64,000 nucleotides of DNA from an uncultured Porphyromonadaceae bacterium (GTDB lineage: Bacteria; Bacteroidota; Bacteroidia; Bacteroidales; Barnesiellaceae_A): NCBI GenBank assembly GCA_900538705.1, contig UPZG01000001.1, positions 193,007-257,006 on the forward strand, given 5' to 3'. Positions 35,889-44,318 of the stretch are shown here, one piece after another (position 1 is the stretch's first letter; the number at the start of each line of letters is the position of its first letter). The translations under genes and the position numbers were made by a program. The notes under the pieces were generated by a model. It was given only the letters and a program-made list of their open reading frames with translations, was not told the origin of the DNA and ran no database searches.

Positions 35889-37661
35889 TTATATAGCTGA
35901 TGTAGCTTCGAGTAACCACTTGCATTCCTCCGATGTCAATGAGCCTTTCAGTTTGTCGTACACCATGCGATGGTAATCGTTGAGCCATGCTATCTCATGG
36001 GGTAGTAAAATAGAGATGTCAAGGGCACGCTTGTCGAATGGAAAGAGCGTAAGCGGTTCAAAGCGGTAGAATTTTCCGAACTCAGTCTCTTTGTCTTCGA
36101 CTGTTAGCAGTAGGTTTTCGTGGCGGATACCATATTCGCCGGTGCGGTACAGCCCTGGTTCGCATGAGGTAACCATGCCGGGTAACAAAGCGACGGGATT
36201 TTCTTGTAGTCTGATGCTTTGCGGGCCTTCATGTACATTTAGGAAGTGTCCTACGCCATGTCCCGTGCCGTGTAGGAATGTGAGTCCTTCGTTCCACAGG
36301 GGTTCGCGAGCAATGGCATCGAGTTGTGCGCCTCGTGTTCCTTGCGGGAAGCGGCATAATGTGAGGGCGATGTGTCCTTTCAGTACCAGTGTAAAGTCGT
36401 GCTTCTGTTTGGGAGTGAGTGAGCCTATTACAAATGTACGTGTGATATCGGTTGTACCGTCAAGATATTGGGCACCCGAGTCGACCAGTAAGAAGCCTTT
36501 GCGTGTTATCTTAGCATCACTTTCGGGAGTTGCCGTGTAGTGAACAATAGCGCCATGCTCGTTGAAACCTGCAATTGTATCGAAACTTTCGTCGACAAAT
36601 AAATCTTGTTCTGCCCTGAACGCCCGTAATTGCCGGGCTGCACTCATCTCTGTGACATTACCCGTATCTATGTTGTTGTCGAGCCAACGGAAGAAGCGTA
36701 TCAGTGCTACACCGTCGCGTACCATGGCGTGACGTATGCCTTCAATTTGTATGTTGTTTTTTACTGCTTTCAGAGCGGCAACAGGCGAAGTTGCTCTTGT
36801 TACGTTGCTATTAAGAGAGCGGGCAAGGGCATAGTTGGTCTTGCCTGGGTCTATAAGTACGTTTTTGCTTATATGACAAGCAAAATCAAATACAGCCGAG
36901 TATGGCATACACTCTATACCCTCCTCTTTCAGATAAGCTCTTCCTGTATCGTTTACTTTACGTTCGTCGATAAACAGAATACGTCTCTCATCATCGATAT
37001 AGGCATAAGCTATTGTTACGGGATTGCAGTGTACATCGCAGCCGCGTATATTGAATAGCCATGCAATGTCGTCGAGGGCTGCCAATAACAAAGCATCGGC
37101 GCCTTCTTTATGAACCCGTTGCAGCGTGCGCGACACTTTCGATGCTGTACTCTCGCCACTATATTTCAGTTCGTGTATAAAGAATGGGTGCAATGGCATT
37201 TCGGGTCGTTGTTTCCAGATGATGTCAAAAGGAGCGAAATCGCATTCAAGGTGCAATTCATGCATCGTAAAGTTTTTTTGCATGGCCTCTACTGCAGTTA
37301 CAGGAAACAGCTCGCCATCTATGGCAACTGTGGCATGTGGTGGCAATGTCGCTATAAGCCATTCTATGTAAGAGGGTGTGTCGGGAAGACCATCTTTGAA
37401 AAGCCTGAATCCTGAGCCGGACAACTGCTCTTCAGCTTGTAAAAAGTAGCGTGAGTCGGTCCACAAACCGGCATCTTGCATGGTGACAACAGCTGTACCG
37501 GCAGAGCCGTCAAATCCGCTTATCCATGTACGGAAATCCCAATGGGCGGCATAATATTCGCTTTGGTGAGGGTCGGTGCCCGGAATAATGTAAGCGTCTA
37601 TTTGGCGCGATGCCATTTCGGAGCGAAGTGCGGCAAGGCGCGATAAGGTTTCTTTCTCCAT
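35889..37661 (-). CDS. Aminopeptidase P family (M24B Xaa-Pro aminopeptidase)
   Basis: Has a creatinase-like N-terminal domain and M24 metal-ligand motifs (...DSGAQY.DGTTDITRT..., HGTGHGVGHFLNVHE, ...EPG.Y...). Start moved to the ATG (MEKETL) at 37661. Confidence 0.88.
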   Translation of the reverse strand: MEKETLSRLAALRSEMASRQIDAYIIPGTDPHQSEYYAAHWDFRTWISGFDGSAGTAVVTMQDAGLWTDSRYFLQAEEQLSGSGFRLFKDGLPDTPSYIEWLIATLPPHATVAIDGELFPVTAVEAMQKNFTMHELHLECDFAPFDIIWKQRPEMPLHPFFIHELKYSGESTASKVSRTLQRVHKEGADALLLAALDDIAWLFNIRGCDVHCNPVTIAYAYIDDERRILFIDERKVNDTGRAYLKEEGIECMPYSAVFDFACHISKNVLIDPGKTNYALARSLNSNVTRATSPVAALKAVKNNIQIEGIRHAMVRDGVALIRFFRWLDNNIDTGNVTEMSAARQLRAFRAEQDLFVDESFDTIAGFNEHGAIVHYTATPESDAKITRKGFLLVDSGAQYLDGTTDITRTFVIGSLTPKQKHDFTLVLKGHIALTLCRFPQGTRGAQLDAIAREPLWNEGLTFLHGTGHGVGHFLNVHEGPQSIRLQENPVALLPGMVTSCEPGLYRTGEYGIRHENLLLTVEDKETEFGKFYRFEPLTLFPFDKRALDISILLPHEIAWLNDYHRMVYDKLKGSLTSEECKWLLEATSAI

Positions 37662-37923
37662 AAAGATATTATATAAATGCACGCAAAGTTACGCTTTTTG
37701 CGTGATAAAGAAAATAGCTGTATCGACTCTGTAAAATGTCGGGTTATAAAATGTGTTATATTTGCTTATTCTATGTGTGAATGCGGGGCGCTGCCACGAT
37801 ATAATGACATTTTTTGCACTTTGTGGCTGTGGCATTATATGGGAAAAAGATGTTGAGAAAAACTTGTGTTAGGGTTTTGAGTCGGATATAGGAGAAAAAC
37901 TTTGCATTTTCTATGCCGATAGT

Positions 37924-37954
37924 TTTGTTATTCGAGAAACTATGCGTAATTTTG
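37924..37954 (+). promoter_or_regulatory. Candidate rpsU promoter (-33 TTTG at 37924-37927; -7 TAATTTTG at 37947-37954)
   Basis: Consensus match with 19-nt spacing, 49 nt upstream of the rpsU ATG. Confidence 0.45.
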
Positions 37955-38002
37955 CCGCACTTTTCGTGGAGTGAAAGAATTAAAAATAATATATAAACAG
38001 CT

Positions 38003-38194
38003 ATGATAATAGTACCTGTAAAAGAAGGCGAGAACATTGAGAAAGCCTTGAAAAAGTTTAAAAGAAAATTTGAGAAAACCGGTGTTGTAAAAGAATTGCG
38101 TAACCGTCAGGCTTTTGAAAAGCCTTCGGTAACAAATCGTAAGAAGATGATGCACGCAATTTACGTACAACAACTACGTCGCAACGAGGAGTAA
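38003..38194 (+). CDS. rpsU: 30S ribosomal protein S21
   Basis: 63 aa, MIIVPVKEGENIEKALKKFKRKFEKTGV..., a clear bS21 sequence. Confidence 0.92.
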   Translation: MIIVPVKEGENIEKALKKFKRKFEKTGVVKELRNRQAFEKPSVTNRKKMMHAIYVQQLRRNEE

Positions 38195-38265
38195 AAATTT
38201 CTCGAAAAATTTGTTTTCTCCGAAACTTATCCCTATATTCGTAGCGTTAGAAAGTTTAAGAGGCT

Positions 38266-39177
38266 ATGAATGTAGGGTTGTTTCTTCAATATTTACGGTA
38301 TGAGAAGAACTTTTCTTCTTATACCGTTTTGTGTTATAAAAACGACCTTGCACAATTTGAAGACTTCCGTCGCCGTGAGCGGGACGATGCCGACGAGATG
38401 CCTGTCGAATCGGACGATATACGCAATTGGATTATTCAACTCAGCGAGAACGGGTTGTCGGCACGCTCTATCGGGCGTAAAATTTCGGCGTTACGCTCAT
38501 ACTTTAAGTTCGCCCTTGCGCGAGGAATAGAGTCTTCTAATCCGGCAGTCGATATACGTCTACCCAAAGTAAGGAAGGAGCTTCCGTCGTTTGTGCGACC
38601 TGAAGAGATGCAACGTCTGTTGGATGACCATTCCGTAGAAGCCCAAAATGACTTTGTAGCCTTGCGCAATCATCTTATTGTAGAGATGCTATATCAGACC
38701 GGTATTCGTCGCTCTGAGTTGGTGTCGCTTGCCGATGCCGCAGTCGATAATAAAGTGTGTGAGATAAGGGTGCGGGGAAAGCGTAACAAAGAACGTATTG
38801 TGCCTTACGGTGCAATGCTTGGCGAAGCTATAGCAGCCTATCGCTGCTTGCGAGACCGTGAAGCGGGTAAGACGGAAACCTTTTTTGTGCGCGAGAATGG
38901 TGAACCGCTCTATCCTGGCTTGGTCTATCGGGTGGTAAGACACGCCCTTGATGGAGAGGTGACACTGCGTAAGCGCAGTCCTCACGTTTTGCGTCATAGT
39001 TTTGCCTCGGCGTTGCTTAATAATGGCGCCGGAATCAATAGTGTCAAAGAACTTTTAGGACATAGTTCACTCGCTTCAACTGAAGTATATACACATATTA
39101 CATTTGAAGAACTTAAACAATATTACAAACGAGCCCATCCCCGGGCGTTAAAAAAAGGAGGATATTATGGAAGTTAG
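38266..39177 (+). CDS. Tyrosine recombinase, XerC/XerD family
   Basis: Has an N-terminal SAM-like core-binding domain and the catalytic residues R...HVLRHSFAS...GH....T..Y (LGHSSLASTEVYTH). It sits in the rpsU-xer-raiA position seen in Bacteroidota core genomes. Confidence 0.85.
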   Translation: MNVGLFLQYLRYEKNFSSYTVLCYKNDLAQFEDFRRRERDDADEMPVESDDIRNWIIQLSENGLSARSIGRKISALRSYFKFALARGIESSNPAVDIRLPKVRKELPSFVRPEEMQRLLDDHSVEAQNDFVALRNHLIVEMLYQTGIRRSELVSLADAAVDNKVCEIRVRGKRNKERIVPYGAMLGEAIAAYRCLRDREAGKTETFFVRENGEPLYPGLVYRVVRHALDGEVTLRKRSPHVLRHSFASALLNNGAGINSVKELLGHSSLASTEVYTHITFEELKQYYKRAHPRALKKGGYYGS

Positions 39178-39469
39178 AATTCAGGCGATACATTTCGACG
39201 CCACTGCACAGCTCGAATCTTTTATCCAAAAGAAGGTCACCAAGCTCAATCGTTTTCATGATGGAATTATGGAGGCCGAAGTTACACTGAAAGTCGTTAA
39301 GCCCGAAACTTCGATGAATAAAGAGGCTGGTGTTAAGCTCTCTGTTGCCGGTAGTGATGCTCTATTTTCATGCAAAACAGCCGATACGTTTGAAGAGGCT
39401 GTCGACCTAGCTCTGGAGGCCTTGGAGCGTCAGCTTGAGAAAAACAAGAAAAAAGTAGCGGGTAAATAA
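39167..39469 (+). CDS. raiA: Ribosome hibernation / translation inhibitor, RaiA/HPF short form
   Basis: 100 aa, MEVRIQAIHFDATAQLESFIQKKVTKLNRFHDGI..., a sigma-54 modulation/S30EA-type fold. It overlaps the recombinase gene by 11 nt. Confidence 0.85.
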   Translation: MEVRIQAIHFDATAQLESFIQKKVTKLNRFHDGIMEAEVTLKVVKPETSMNKEAGVKLSVAGSDALFSCKTADTFEEAVDLALEALERQLEKNKKKVAGK

Positions 39470-39487
39470 AAAAATAATCCAAATATT

Positions 39488-39517
39488 TTTGTGGATTAAA
39501 AATAATATCTAACTTTG
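39488..39517 (+). promoter_or_regulatory. Candidate promoter of the tRNA-tuf transcription unit (-33 TTTG at 39488-39491; -7 TAACTTTG at 39510-39517)
   Basis: Consensus match with 18-nt spacing, 40 nt upstream of the first tRNA. Confidence 0.5.
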
Positions 39518-39557
39518 CACCCGCTTGACAACTAAAATGTCGAGCGAGTGCATTTCT

Positions 39558-39631
39558 GCCGATATAGCTCAGTTGGCCAGAGCACGTGATTTGTAATCTC
39601 GGGGTCGTGGGTTCGAATCCCTCTATCGGCT
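39558..39631 (+). tRNA. tRNA-Thr (anticodon TGT)
   Basis: A manual cloverleaf fold gives acceptor gccgata/tatcggc, D arm gctc/gagc, anticodon loop ttTGTaa and T loop ttcgaat. It is 74 nt and CCA follows in the DNA. There is one U-U mismatch each in the anticodon stem and the T stem. Confidence 0.85.
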
Positions 39632-39666
39632 CCAATAGGCGCTAAGTAGGAATGTGACTAAGCATT

Positions 39667-39749
39667 GGGCGAATACCAGAGTGGCCAAATGGGGCAGACT
39701 GTAAATCTGCTGGTTTATACCTTCGGTGGTTCGAATCCATCTTCGCCCA
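39667..39749 (+). tRNA. tRNA-Tyr (anticodon GTA)
   Basis: Acceptor gggcgaa/ttcgccc, anticodon loop ctGTAaa, a long variable arm (class II) and T loop ttcgaat. It is 83 nt. Confidence 0.85.
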
Positions 39750-39755
39750 CACAAT

Positions 39756-39828
39756 GCGGAAGTAGCTCAGTCGATAGAGCATCAGCCTTCCAAGCTGAGG
39801 GTCGCGGGTTTGAGCCCCGTCTTCCGCT
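39756..39828 (+). tRNA. tRNA-Gly (anticodon TCC)
   Basis: Acceptor gcggaag/cttccgc, anticodon stem tcagc/gctga with loop ctTCCaa. It is 73 nt. Confidence 0.88.
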
Positions 39829-39845
39829 CAAAAGAGAATAATAAT

Positions 39846-39917
<72 letters not shown>

Positions 39918-39953
39918 CTTAGAAGTACAACATTTATTTTAAAGAATTAGACT

Positions 39954-41138
39954 ATGGCAAAAGAAACATTCCAACGGACCAAACCGCATGTTAATATCGG
40001 TACCATTGGTCACGTAGACCACGGTAAAACAACGTTGACCGCTGCTATCACCAGCGTTCTCGCATCGAAAGGTCTTTCTGAGGTGAAGTCGTTCGACCAA
40101 ATCGATAACGCTCCCGAGGAGAAAGAAAGAGGTATTACTATAAATACTGCACACGTTGAGTACGAAACAGAACATCGTCACTATGCTCACGTAGACTGCC
40201 CGGGACACGCCGACTACGTTAAGAACATGGTTACCGGTGCTGCTCAAATGGATGGCGCTATCATCGTAGTTGCTGCTACTGATGGTCCTATGCCCCAAAC
40301 TCGTGAGCACATCCTCTTGGCTCGTCAGGTGAATGTTCCTCGTTTGGTTGTATTCTTGAACAAATGCGACCTTGTAGACGACGAAGAGATGCTCGAGCTC
40401 GTTGAAATGGAGATGCGCGAACTTCTCGACAAATACGATTATGATGGTGAAAATACGCCTATCATCCGTGGTTCTGCCCTCGGTGCTTTGAATGGCGAAC
40501 CTAAATGGGTTGAGAAAGTAATGGAGCTCATGGATGCAGTAGATACTTGGATTCCTCTGCCTCCTCGTGATATAGATAAACCCTTCTTGATGCCTGTTGA
40601 GGATGTGTTCTCTATTACAGGTCGTGGTACTGTTGCTACTGGTCGTATCGAGACTGGTGTTGTAAAAGTAGGCGACGAGGTACAAATCACAGGTTTGGGT
40701 GCTGATAAGAAATCGGTTGTTACCGGTGTTGAAATGTTCCGTAAGATTCTTGACCAAGGTCAAGCTGGTGATAACGTAGGTCTTTTGCTTCGTGGTATCG
40801 ATAAGAACGAAGTAAAACGTGGTATGGTTATCTGCCACCCGGGACAAGTACATCCTCATTCAGAATTCAAGGCTTCTGTATATATCCTGAAGAAAGAAGA
40901 GGGTGGTCGTCATACTCCGTTCCACAACCACTATCGTCCTCAATTCTACATCCGTACTCTTGATGTTACCGGTGAAATTACTTTGCCCGAAGGCGTAGAG
41001 ATGGTAATGCCTGGTGATAACGTTGAGATCACAGTTAAACTTATCACTCCGGTAGCTTGCGATAAAGGTCTTCGCTTTGCAATCCGCGAGGGTGGTCGTA
41101 CGGTAGGTTCAGGTCAAATTACTGAAATCCTCGACTAA
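39954..41138 (+). CDS. tuf: Elongation factor Tu
   Basis: 394 aa, [33 protein letters not shown]..., an unmistakable EF-Tu. Confidence 0.98.
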   Translation: MAKETFQRTKPHVNIGTIGHVDHGKTTLTAAITSVLASKGLSEVKSFDQIDNAPEEKERGITINTAHVEYETEHRHYAHVDCPGHADYVKNMVTGAAQMDGAIIVVAATDGPMPQTREHILLARQVNVPRLVVFLNKCDLVDDEEMLELVEMEMRELLDKYDYDGENTPIIRGSALGALNGEPKWVEKVMELMDAVDTWIPLPPRDIDKPFLMPVEDVFSITGRGTVATGRIETGVVKVGDEVQITGLGADKKSVVTGVEMFRKILDQGQAGDNVGLLLRGIDKNEVKRGMVICHPGQVHPHSEFKASVYILKKEEGGRHTPFHNHYRPQFYIRTLDVTGEITLPEGVEMVMPGDNVEITVKLITPVACDKGLRFAIREGGRTVGSGQITEILD

Positions 41139-41165
41139 TCAGCGAGAATATAATCATCATTCACA

Positions 41166-41197
41166 ATCGCTCTTCCCTTATCGGGAGAGCGATTTTA
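41166..41197 (+). terminator. Terminator-like hairpin after tuf
   Basis: The stem pairs atcgctcttccc (41166-41177) with gggagagcgat (41183-41193), with one bulged T and a 5-nt loop, followed by TTTTA. It ends 1 nt before tRNA-Trp. Confidence 0.6.
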
Positions 41198-41198
41198 T

Positions 41199-41271
41199 AC
41201 GGGTTTAGCTCAGTTGGTAGAGCATTGGTCTCCAAAACCAAGTGTCGGGAGTTCGAGTCTCTCAACCCGTG
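41199..41271 (+). tRNA. tRNA-Trp (anticodon CCA)
   Basis: Acceptor acgggtt/aacccgt, anticodon stem ttggt/accaa with loop ctCCAaa. It is 73 nt and sits in the conserved position upstream of secE. Confidence 0.88.
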
Positions 41272-41288
41272 CAAATAACATATAAGAT

Positions 41289-41486
41289 ATGAAGAAATTG
41301 AAAATACTTGCTGATATACAAGATTCTTATAATGAACTTGTTCATAAAGTATCTTGGCCTACAAGCAAAGAGCTCGCAAATAGCGCTGTAGTGGTAATGT
41401 TTGCTTCCCTTGTCATTGCCTTGGTGATATTTGTGATGGATCAATGTATCGACACAATCATGCACTTTATTTACGGCTTAATTTAA
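41289..41486 (+). CDS. secE: Preprotein translocase subunit SecE
   Basis: 65 aa with a single C-terminal TM helix (VVVMFASLVIALVIFVMD) and the HKVSWPT motif, in the secE-nusG position. Confidence 0.9.
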   Translation: MKKLKILADIQDSYNELVHKVSWPTSKELANSAVVVMFASLVIALVIFVMDQCIDTIMHFIYGLI

Positions 41487-41504
41487 TTTCTGGGAGGTCA
41501 ATCA

Positions 41505-42047
41505 ATGTCTGAAGAGAAAAAAGGATGGTACGTATTGCGTGCCATTAGCGGAAAAGAGGCCAAGGTCAAGGAGATTCTCGATGCCGAAATCAAGAATACA
41601 GATTTGGGCCAGTACGTGTTTCAGGTCTTGATTCCTACGGAGAAAACTTATGTCGTACGTAACGGGAAAAGAGTTGCGAAAGAACGCAATCTCTATTCCG
41701 GTTATGTTTTTGTCGAGGCCATACTTACGGGTGAAGTTATTCACATTTTACGTAACACGACCAATGTCATCGATTTTTTGGGGGGAAGGTCAAACAAGCC
41801 TGAACCTTTGCGTCAAAGCGAAGTTAACAAAATGTTGGGCGCTGCCGACGAGATGCAAGAAAGTGATGAGAATTTTGTAGACTATAATGTGGGTGAAGTA
41901 GTGAAAGTTTGCTATGGCCCCTTTAATGGTTTTACAGGCGTTATAGAAGAGGTGAATAACGAGAAAAAGAAGCTCAAGGTGATGGTTAAAATCTTTGGTC
42001 GTAAGACGCCTTTGGAGTTGGAAAATTCGCAAGTAGAGAGAGAATAG
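41505..42047 (+). CDS. nusG: Transcription termination/antitermination factor NusG
   Basis: 180 aa with an NGN domain (WYVLRAISGKE...) and a C-terminal KOW motif (VGEVVKVCYGPFNGFTGVIEEV). Confidence 0.95.
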   Translation: MSEEKKGWYVLRAISGKEAKVKEILDAEIKNTDLGQYVFQVLIPTEKTYVVRNGKRVAKERNLYSGYVFVEAILTGEVIHILRNTTNVIDFLGGRSNKPEPLRQSEVNKMLGAADEMQESDENFVDYNVGEVVKVCYGPFNGFTGVIEEVNNEKKKLKVMVKIFGRKTPLELENSQVERE

Positions 42048-42102
42048 GTGATGTTACGCATCGATACTCTCTGATTTTTAACAAATCAAAAAAACAAAAG
42101 AA

Positions 42103-42543
42103 ATGGCTAAAGAAATTGCTGGACAGATCAAATTGCAGATCAAGGGTGGCGCAGCCAATCCCTCTCCCCCAGTAGGACCTGCTCTTGGTTCTAAGGGTAT
42201 AAATATCATGGAGTTTTGCAAGCAATTCAATGCCCGTACTCAAGACAAGGCAGGTAAGGTATTGCCTGTGATTATTACTTACTATTCAGATAAGTCTTTC
42301 GATTTTGTCGTTAAGACCCCGCCTGTAGCTATCCAACTTATGGAGGCTGCTAAGGTGAAAAAAGGTTCTTCCGAACCCAATCGTAAGAAAGTAAGTGAGA
42401 TTACTTGGGAACAGGTTAAGGCAATTGCAGCAGATAAGATGGTAGATTTGAACTGTTTTACTTTAGACTCTGCCATGCGTATGGTTGCCGGTACTGCTAG
42501 GAGTATGGGTATAACCGTCAAAGGGGAATTCCCGGTAGAATAA
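42103..42543 (+). CDS. rplK: 50S ribosomal protein L11
   Basis: [29 protein letters not shown]..., a canonical uL11. Confidence 0.97.
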   Translation: MAKEIAGQIKLQIKGGAANPSPPVGPALGSKGINIMEFCKQFNARTQDKAGKVLPVIITYYSDKSFDFVVKTPPVAIQLMEAAKVKKGSSEPNRKKVSEITWEQVKAIAADKMVDLNCFTLDSAMRMVAGTARSMGITVKGEFPVE

Positions 42544-42562
42544 TTTTTAAACTTCAATTGAA

Positions 42563-43261
42563 ATGGGAAAACTGACAAAAAATCAAAAGTTGGCTTTAGC
42601 AAAGATTGAAGCAGGGAAGGCCTATTCGCTCAAAGAAGCAGCTTCTTTGGTTAAGGAAATAACTTATACCAAATTCGATGCTTCACTCGATATCGACGTA
42701 CGCTTGGGTGTTGACCCTCGTAAGGCCAATCAAATGGTGCGCGGCGTCGTTTCGCTCCCCCATGGTACGGGTAAGCAAGTGCGCGTACTTGTACTTTGTA
42801 CCTCAGATCAGGCAGAGGCTGCCAAGGCTGCCGGTGCCGATTATGTAGGTCTGGACGAGTATATCGAGAAAATCAAAGGCGGTTGGACGGATGTTGATGT
42901 AATCATCACCATGCCTGCTGTCATGGGTAAAATTGGTGCTCTCGGTCGTATATTAGGTCCCCGTGGCTTGATGCCGAACCCCAAGAGTGGTACTGTTACC
43001 CCTGATGTTGCCAAAGCTGTAAAGGAAGTAAAACAAGGTAAGATCGACTTCAAAGTTGATAAAAATGGTATAGTACACGCCTCTATAGGTAAAGTTTCTT
43101 TCAATCCTGACCAAATTCGCGAGAATGCACGTGAGTTCGTCGCTACGTTGATCAAGTTGAAGCCTGCAACGGCAAAGGGTACTTATCTAAAGAGTATTTA
43201 TCTTTCGAGTACCATGAGTCCGGGTATCAAGATTGACCCGAAATCGGTAGATGAAAATTAA
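42563..43261 (+). CDS. rplA: 50S ribosomal protein L1
   Basis: 232 aa, uL1-type sequence (…[24 protein letters not shown]…). Confidence 0.97.
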   Translation: MGKLTKNQKLALAKIEAGKAYSLKEAASLVKEITYTKFDASLDIDVRLGVDPRKANQMVRGVVSLPHGTGKQVRVLVLCTSDQAEAAKAAGADYVGLDEYIEKIKGGWTDVDVIITMPAVMGKIGALGRILGPRGLMPNPKSGTVTPDVAKAVKEVKQGKIDFKVDKNGIVHASIGKVSFNPDQIRENAREFVATLIKLKPATAKGTYLKSIYLSSTMSPGIKIDPKSVDEN

Positions 43262-43279
43262 TGAAAAAAGCTACGTATT

Positions 43280-43792
43280 ATGAGAAAGGAAGATAAAAAA
43301 GTTATCATAGATCAAATAGCAGCTACTGTAAAAGAATATTCTTGTTTCTATCTTACTGAGACTGCATCGCTCAATGCAGAGCTTACAAGCAATCTGCGCC
43401 GTGCATGCTTCAAGGAAGGTATCAAGATGATGGTAGTAAAGAACAAGCTTCTGCGCGAAGCTCTCCGTGAATGCGGCGATTTCTCTCAACTTGAGGGAAG
43501 CATGAAAGGATCTACTACCGTGTTGTTCTCAAATGTAGGTAATGCTCCTGCCAAACTCATCAAAGAGTTTACCAAAAAGGCTCCGCTGCCTGCGTTGAAA
43601 GCTGCGTATGTTGAAGAAAGCTTCTATATAGGAGCCGACCAACTCGATACCCTCGTAGCCATCAAGAGCAAAAACGAACTTATTGCCGATGTTATTGCTT
43701 TGTTGCAATCGCCCGCCAAGAACGTTGTTTCTGCTTTGCAATCGGCCGGAGGTACCATACACGGTGTGCTGCAAACACTTGCAGAACGTTAA
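43280..43792 (+). CDS. rplJ: 50S ribosomal protein L10
   Basis: 170 aa in the uL10 position, with matching sequence pattern. Confidence 0.95.
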   Translation: MRKEDKKVIIDQIAATVKEYSCFYLTETASLNAELTSNLRRACFKEGIKMMVVKNKLLREALRECGDFSQLEGSMKGSTTVLFSNVGNAPAKLIKEFTKKAPLPALKAAYVEESFYIGADQLDTLVAIKSKNELIADVIALLQSPAKNVVSALQSAGGTIHGVLQTLAER

Positions 43793-43841
43793 GTTTATAC
43801 TAAAATCAAGAATAATAAACCATTAAAATCATAAAAAGAAA

Positions 43842-44216
43842 ATGGCAGATTTGAAAGCTTTTGCTGAACAATTGGTAAATTTGACCGTTAAAGAAGTTAA
43901 CGAGCTCGCTCAAATTTTGAAAGACGAGTATGGTATTGAACCCGCTGCTGCTGCTGTAGCTGTTGCTGCTCCTGCTGCTGCCGGTGCTGCTCCCGCCGAA
44001 GAGAAAACAGAGTTTGACGTTGTTCTCAAGGCTGCTGGTTCAAACAAACTCAATGTAGTAAAGAAAGTTAAAGAATTGACAGGTCTCGGTTTGAAAGAGG
44101 CTAAAGACCTCGTTGACGGAGCTCCCAACGTAATCAAAGAAGCTCTTCCCAAAGCTGAGGCTGAGAACCTCAAGAAAGAACTTGAGGAGGCTGGTGCTGA
44201 AGTTGAACTTAAATAA
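43842..44216 (+). CDS. rplL: 50S ribosomal protein L7/L12
   Basis: 124 aa with an Ala-rich hinge and the C-terminal domain ...[21 protein letters not shown]... Confidence 0.97.
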   Translation: MADLKAFAEQLVNLTVKEVNELAQILKDEYGIEPAAAAVAVAAPAAAGAAPAEEKTEFDVVLKAAGSNKLNVVKKVKELTGLGLKEAKDLVDGAPNVIKEALPKAEAENLKKELEEAGAEVELK

Positions 44217-44237
44217 TAGCCTGCCTGTCAGGTATTA

Positions 44238-44275
44238 GGTTAAGAATCATCAAGAAGGTGATTCTTAACCTTTTT
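44238..44275 (+). terminator. rplL-rpoB intergenic terminator/attenuator hairpin
   Basis: A 12-13-bp stem (aggttaagaatca / tgattcttaacc) is followed by TTTTT at 44271-44275. The position corresponds to the known partial terminator between rplL and rpoB in other bacteria. Confidence 0.7.
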
Positions 44276-44318
44276 GTGTATATATTTTCAATTAAGTTCA
44301 CCTAATTATTCTTTTTTA

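Noticed and set aside
37771-38173. Two small minus-strand ORFs (88 aa and 77 aa) overlapping the rpsU promoter and coding region
   Set aside because: They overlap the bS21 gene and its candidate promoter. The sequences are AT-rich and low-complexity (Phe/Ile/Leu/Lys rich), as expected from an intergenic AT-rich region.
38266-39177. A tyrosine recombinase next to a tRNA cluster could mark an integrated mobile element
   Set aside because: It sits in the rpsU - recombinase - raiA - tRNA - tuf arrangement that I recognise as a conserved core-genome layout in Bacteroidota. It overlaps raiA by 11 nt. I saw no flanking direct repeats, cargo genes or composition shift. It is most likely the chromosomal Xer-type dimer-resolution recombinase.
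39939-40859. 306-aa ORF on the minus strand, antisense to tuf
   Set aside because: It lies entirely inside the unmistakable EF-Tu gene. The translation is low-complexity with no recognisable motifs. Long antisense frames are expected opposite highly codon-biased genes.
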